In this document: positions 59,775 to 64,000 of the stretch, in pieces
Layout: each line of letters opens with the position of its first letter
Position numbering within the stretch: position 1 is the stretch's first letter
NCBI GenBank assembly: GCA_016935975.1
Contig: JAFGPX010000084.1
Span: 174 to 64,173, forward strand
Length of the DNA: 64,000 nucleotides
Direction: 5' to 3'
Source of the DNA: Deltaproteobacteria bacterium
Lineage (GTDB): Bacteria > Myxococcota_A > Polyangia > Fen-1088
Notes under the pieces: generated by a model
Seen by the model: the letters and a program-made list of their open reading frames with translations, nothing else
What the model was told of the DNA's origin: nothing
Databases searched by the model: none
Program-made: the position numbers and the translations under genes

Positions 59775-60589
59775 GCGAAACAACCGAACTCGAAGATCTC
59801 CTTGCCACTTTGCAGGCGGCGGCGCAGGGCGATTTGACCGTGCGAGCCAAGCCGAGCAGCGGAGCGCTCGGGCAAGCGACAGCCGCAGCCAATGCGCTGC
59901 TGGCCGCGCTCGAGGAACGCGCCGCGCAGGTATCCTACGCCGCGACCTGCGTGGCCATCGCGGCCGAGGCGACCAGCGCCGCCTTGCCCGAAATCGCGGA
60001 AGGCATGGCCAGACAACAGGCGGCCGTGGCCGAAATCGCCCGGCGTCTCAAGGCGCTCGAGGCGCGTTCCGAGGAGATCGGCCAGATCGTCGAAATGCTC
60101 GACGACGTGACCTCGGAGACCAACATCCTGTCGCTCAACGCCGCCATCGAGGCCTCGCGCGCCGGCGCGCAGGGCAAGGGTTTCGGCCTGGTGGCCGAGG
60201 AGGTGCGCAAGATGGCCGAGCGCGCGGCCTCGGCCACCAAAGACATTGGCGCCTACATCGAGACCATCGCCAACGCCACCGGCGACGCCACGCGCGCCAT
60301 CGAGAGCGTGCGCAACATCGCCGACCAACTCGCCACGCTCACCACGCGCGCCGGCAGCGAGGCGGCCGTGCTGACCGAGGTGCGCAAGGCACTGCTGTCT
60401 GCCATCGCGCAATTCCGTTTCGCCGGGCAGGGCGAAACCGAGATCACGCGCGTCCTGCACGCGCGGCGCAGTGAGCTGGCACGCGTGCTGTCCCCGCTCG
60501 CGCCCCTGGTGGCCTCGGCGCGCACGCCGCTCGGCGAGGCCTTGCGCAACTTGCTCGCCGCCCTGGGCAAGAGCCCCGACGGCGGCTAG
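59771..60589 (+). CDS. Short cytoplasmic methyl-accepting chemotaxis protein
   Basis: AQGDLT (HAMP-like), ETNILSLNAAIEASRAGAQGKGFGLVAEEVRKMAER; no TM segment. Confidence 0.9.
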   Translation: MSETTELEDLLATLQAAAQGDLTVRAKPSSGALGQATAAANALLAALEERAAQVSYAATCVAIAAEATSAALPEIAEGMARQQAAVAEIARRLKALEARSEEIGQIVEMLDDVTSETNILSLNAAIEASRAGAQGKGFGLVAEEVRKMAERAASATKDIGAYIETIANATGDATRAIESVRNIADQLATLTTRAGSEAAVLTEVRKALLSAIAQFRFAGQGETEITRVLHARRSELARVLSPLAPLVASARTPLGEALRNLLAALGKSPDGG

Positions 60590-60600
60590 GTCCATCCGCC

Positions 60601-62925
60601 ATGGCGGGAAAACCCGACAACAGCGACGGCGCCGGCAGCCTACCCGCCCAAGAGTGGGGTGCCGGCGAAACCGACGTCCTGCGCAGCCTCTTCCTGGAGG
60701 AGGCCGAGAAGTACCTCGGCCATATCATCGAGGCGCAGAAGCTGCTGTCGCACGCCTCGGAGACGACACTCGAGATCTCCCCAGACGTGGTCGACGTGCT
60801 CTTCCGCCACCTGCACACGCTCAAGGGCTCGGCCGGCTCGGTCGGCTTCGATGCGGTGTCGCGGGCTGCCCACGAGCTAGAGGAACTGTGCACCGAGATC
60901 CGCCGCGGCCAGCTCGCGCCGACCTATGGAATTCTCGAGCGTATCGACGAGGGCGTGGCCGAGATCCGCGCCCTGCTCACCAGCGCACGCCTGGCGGCGC
61001 CACGCGCGCGCGGGCGCGAGCCGTCCGAGCCCGCGTCCGCGCCACGCGAGGCGCCCGAGCGGCGCCGCACCTCGGATCGCCGCACCGTCAGCGACCGGCG
61101 GGCCGGCGGCGAAGGTTTCTTGCGGGTCGAGGTCGAGCGCCTCGATGCCTTGCTCGAGAGCGTGGGTGACCTCGTGATCCTGCGCACCCGCCTCGAGCGC
61201 CGCGCGCACGACCTGGACAGCGTGCTGCGCGACCTGGCCGCCACCCGGCAGGACATGCGGACGGTGCAGAGCGCGCTGGCGACCGATCTCGCGGCGACCG
61301 CGAGGCACGGGGAAACCGGCCGGCTCCTCGATCGCCTGGGCGAAGTCGACGTCGAATTCACCGACTCGCTGTCCTTCCTCGAGCGCTCCGTGCGCCGCCT
61401 GGCCGACGACGCCGACGCCATGCGCCGGACGTCCGAGCACATCGAAGGACAACTGCGCCGCGCCCGCTTGGTGCCGCTCGAATGGGCCTTCTCCCGCCTG
61501 GGCTCGGCGCTGCGCGAGCTCGAACGCAGCTGCCACCGCCAGGCCGACCTCTCGGTTTCGGGCGGCGAGATCGAGCTGGACAAGGCCATCGTGGACCAGC
61601 TCGCGGAACCGCTGCTGCACCTTCTGCGCAACGCCATGGCCCATGGCATCGAATCCGCGCAAGTGCGCAGCGAGCGCGGCAAGCCCGCGCGCGGGCGCAT
61701 CGGCATTCGGGCTTCGCTCGAATCCGATTTTGTCTTCGTCGTCTTCGAGGACGACGGCGGCGGCATCGATCACGAGGCCATTCGTCGCGCCCTGCAAGCC
61801 TCGGGGCAAGCCCGCAACGAGACCGACCTCAGCGAGGAAGCCCTCATGACCGCGATTTTCGAGCCGGGTTTCTCGACGCGCCCGCAGTCGGACTCCCTGG
61901 CCGGGCGGGGCATGGGCCTCAACATCGTCAAGCGCGCGGTCATGCGTCTAGGCGGCGAGGTCAAGGTTGAATCCAAACTGGGCGCGTTTTCGCGCTTCCG
62001 CCTCTCGCTGCCGCTGACCGGCGCCATCACCCAGGGGCTGCTCTTCAAGCTGGGCGGCCAGGTCTACGCCGTGCCCGCGGCCCACGTCATCGAGGTGCTG
62101 CCCATCGGCCACAACGTGCTGGCCGGCAGCGTCGACAAGGCCAGCGACAGCGGCGAGCTGCCCGCGCTCAACGGCGTCAGCGTGCCCATTCTCAAGCTGC
62201 ATGCCCTGCTCGGCATCGAGCTGCCGCCCGGCCGGCGCGCCGCCGCCATGCACGTGCGCTATGCCGGCCGCAACTTCCTGCTCACCTGCGACAAGGTGAT
62301 TGGCCCGCGCACCGTGGTGGTGCGGCCACCGGGCCCGCTCATTGGGCTCATTCCCATCTACGCGGGCGTGACCGCCTCGGGCGCCGGCAAAGCCCAGCTC
62401 GTGCTCGACCTCGGCCCCCTGGCCGACATCGCCTACGGCACCACCAAGTTCGTGCCCACGGCGGCGCGTCGCGGACAGCCGCGCGTCCTGGTGGTCGACG
62501 ATTCGCGTCTGGCTCGCGAGGCGGCGGCCCGCCAGCTCGCCGCCTCGGGCTATCAGACCGTGCTCGCCGAGGACGGCTGGGAGGCCTGGGAGATCCTGGG
62601 CGAGCGCCGCTTCGACGCCGTGGTCACCGCGCTGGAAATGCCTCGCCTCGACGGCTTCCAGCTCATCGCGCGCATCCGCCGCGAGCCCACCTTGCGCGCC
62701 CTGCCCGTGATCGTGCTGTCCTCGCGCACCTCCCAGACCGCGCGCGACCGTGCCGTCGCGGCCGGCGCCAACGTCTTTCTGCCCAAGAGCCGCCACCGCC
62801 GCAGCATGGTGACCGCCGTGGACGCGTGCCTGCGCGAGCAAGCCGACGGCACGACGCCCGACGGCGGCCCGCGCGCTTCGGGCAGCGGCGAGTTCGCGAT
62901 GCTCGAGACCAAGCAAGGGCAGTGA
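60601..62925 (+). CDS. cheA: Hybrid CheA histidine kinase with C-terminal receiver domain
   Basis: Hpt FRHLHTLKGSA, LRVEVERLDAL, HLLRNAMAHGIE, DDGGGID, FEPGFST, GRGMGL, CheW domain, REC VLVVDDS. Confidence 0.93.
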   Translation: MAGKPDNSDGAGSLPAQEWGAGETDVLRSLFLEEAEKYLGHIIEAQKLLSHASETTLEISPDVVDVLFRHLHTLKGSAGSVGFDAVSRAAHELEELCTEIRRGQLAPTYGILERIDEGVAEIRALLTSARLAAPRARGREPSEPASAPREAPERRRTSDRRTVSDRRAGGEGFLRVEVERLDALLESVGDLVILRTRLERRAHDLDSVLRDLAATRQDMRTVQSALATDLAATARHGETGRLLDRLGEVDVEFTDSLSFLERSVRRLADDADAMRRTSEHIEGQLRRARLVPLEWAFSRLGSALRELERSCHRQADLSVSGGEIELDKAIVDQLAEPLLHLLRNAMAHGIESAQVRSERGKPARGRIGIRASLESDFVFVVFEDDGGGIDHEAIRRALQASGQARNETDLSEEALMTAIFEPGFSTRPQSDSLAGRGMGLNIVKRAVMRLGGEVKVESKLGAFSRFRLSLPLTGAITQGLLFKLGGQVYAVPAAHVIEVLPIGHNVLAGSVDKASDSGELPALNGVSVPILKLHALLGIELPPGRRAAAMHVRYAGRNFLLTCDKVIGPRTVVVRPPGPLIGLIPIYAGVTASGAGKAQLVLDLGPLADIAYGTTKFVPTAARRGQPRVLVVDDSRLAREAAARQLAASGYQTVLAEDGWEAWEILGERRFDAVVTALEMPRLDGFQLIARIRREPTLRALPVIVLSSRTSQTARDRAVAAGANVFLPKSRHRRSMVTAVDACLREQADGTTPDGGPRASGSGEFAMLETKQGQ

Positions 62926-63092
62926 GGCCCTGCGGTGCTGCGCGCCGGCTGCGTGCGCGTCGCAGCCACCGGCCAGGCCACCGCAGGTGGCGGTTGCCGC
63001 GACTTCCTCGAAGCGGAGGCAGCCGGGGCGGCCGCGCCCTTCCTTGGCAGACCGCCCCGGTGTTTGCGCCGTTGGGGGCGAAAGCCACCCCG

Positions 63093-63324
63093 CTACGGCT
63101 TGTGCACGACCGTCGCCCAGCCGTTGCCGGGCATGCTGAACTGCACCTTCTGGCCGCCGATCGAAACCACGTAGCTGTTGTTGGCCGACCCGCTGTTGAA
63201 CATCACGGCCACGAGAGTGCCGTCCGGGTTCTTGAACGCCACCGCTGGTCGCGACCCGCTTGGCTCGCACGGCGACGAACTGGGAGAAATGACGGAAGAC
63301 GCATTAGGCGGACGTGGCCTTGAG
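63093..63324 (-). pseudogene. GH30 C-terminal fragment with stop and frameshift
   Basis: LKATSA*CVFRHFSQFVAVRAKRVATSGG, then a shifted frame AVAFKNPDGTLVAVMFN..GWAT. Confidence 0.75.
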
Positions 63325-63332
63325 CGAAGATT

Positions 63333-63572
63333 GGGCAGGTGGCTCGTCGGCGCGGGTAGCGGGTCCTCCACCCGGAACGATGCCGTGACCGGAGTTGCGT
63401 GCGCAAGAAACCCCGCCCCGAGCAACTCGCCGTAGAACGGCCAACCCTATTCGCCGTCCGCCGCGGCGCGCGCGCCGACGAAGGCGCCGCCGGCACGGAT
63501 GTACGCTCCGAAAGCCCCCCGGCCCGCGTCATCGAGTAGCGTGCTGCCGAGCGCTGTGGTCGTGTTGAGAAA
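63333..63572 (-). pseudogene. ThuA-like domain fragment with in-frame stop
   Basis: FLNTT..LLDDAGRGAFGAYIRAGGAFVGARAAADGE*GWPFYGELLGAGF..VEDP..TSHLP. Confidence 0.72.
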
Positions 63573-63673
63573 GGCGAGGGGGGCCCATGCTCTACAGATT
63601 GGCGAAGTCCAGCCGCGCGCGCCGCATATCCCCGATCAGATCGCGACGACGTCGGGCTAGCGAGTAGCTCTGG

Positions 63674-64000
63674 CTATTGGCAGGTGGCTACGTCGGGGGC
63701 GCCGTAGTCGGCAAACGCAGCTCCCGTACAGCTCGTACCGAAGTCATCGTCCGGGGTCGCGCCCATGCACTCAGAAGGTGAACCAGTGGGGTCGCACAGT
63801 TGTACTGCGCCATTCATTCCCCCCGCGTGGCAGAACGGGTCGGCCGGATATGGGGGCACACACTTGGCGGACCAGCCAAAAATCACCGAGCTCACTCGGG
63901 CACAGCAGACTTGTCCGGCGGGGCAGTCTGCCTTGCTGTGGCACTGAATATCGACATATTGGCCAAGCTGGGCGGTTGTCTGCTCACACGTGGTCCCTCC
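63674..64000 (-). CDS. C-terminal part of a Cys-rich protein (5' end outside the window)
   Basis: Open frame from the window end: ..QCHSKADCPAGQVCCAR..QLCDP..ATCQ*. Confidence 0.65.
   Translation of the reverse strand, partial: GGTTCEQTTAQLGQYVDIQCHSKADCPAGQVCCARVSSVIFGWSAKCVPPYPADPFCHAGGMNGAVQLCDPTGSPSECMGATPDDDFGTSCTGAAFADYGAPDVATCQ

Overview
GC-rich bacterial DNA, most likely from Myxococcota (Polyangia-like); this is inferred from MYXO-CTERM-type tails, Gly-linker lipoproteins, Ser/Thr kinases, a DUF4388 regulator and a PilB-linked Che cluster. Positions 1-29.7 kb form a plant-cell-wall (arabinan/galactan/pectin/xylan) utilisation region. It holds an eroded araB remnant followed by araA-araD-LamB porin-secreted GalM, and a series of CAZymes (GH54, GH27, CE1-like, SGNH-like, CE15, GH2, GH43-like, PL1). 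Nearly all of these are membrane-anchored through long Gly/Ser/Thr linkers. Inside this region is the most interesting signal: a module of an ECF sigma factor, a TM-TPR anti-sigma, a putative outer-membrane barrel and a degenerate SGNH lipoprotein. A bipartite motif GTGATCGA-N15-GCAT occurs four times with identical spacing, upstream of the sigma gene and three neighbouring genes, and is a predicted autoregulated ECF regulon. Positions 30-64 kb are more core-like: glycosyltransferases, two Ser/Thr kinase genes (three kinase domains), an M15 peptidase, Kup, UbiD, an unusual membrane-fusion protein, MalQ, an ABC transporter, GAF-PilB, and a minimal chemosensory cluster with a pseudo-receiver CheA. 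Several small deletion-scar pseudogenes not resolved by the ORF track were found. No rRNA, tRNA, CRISPR array or intact mobile element was seen. All family calls come from motif recognition by eye, not database searches, and start codons are best estimates.
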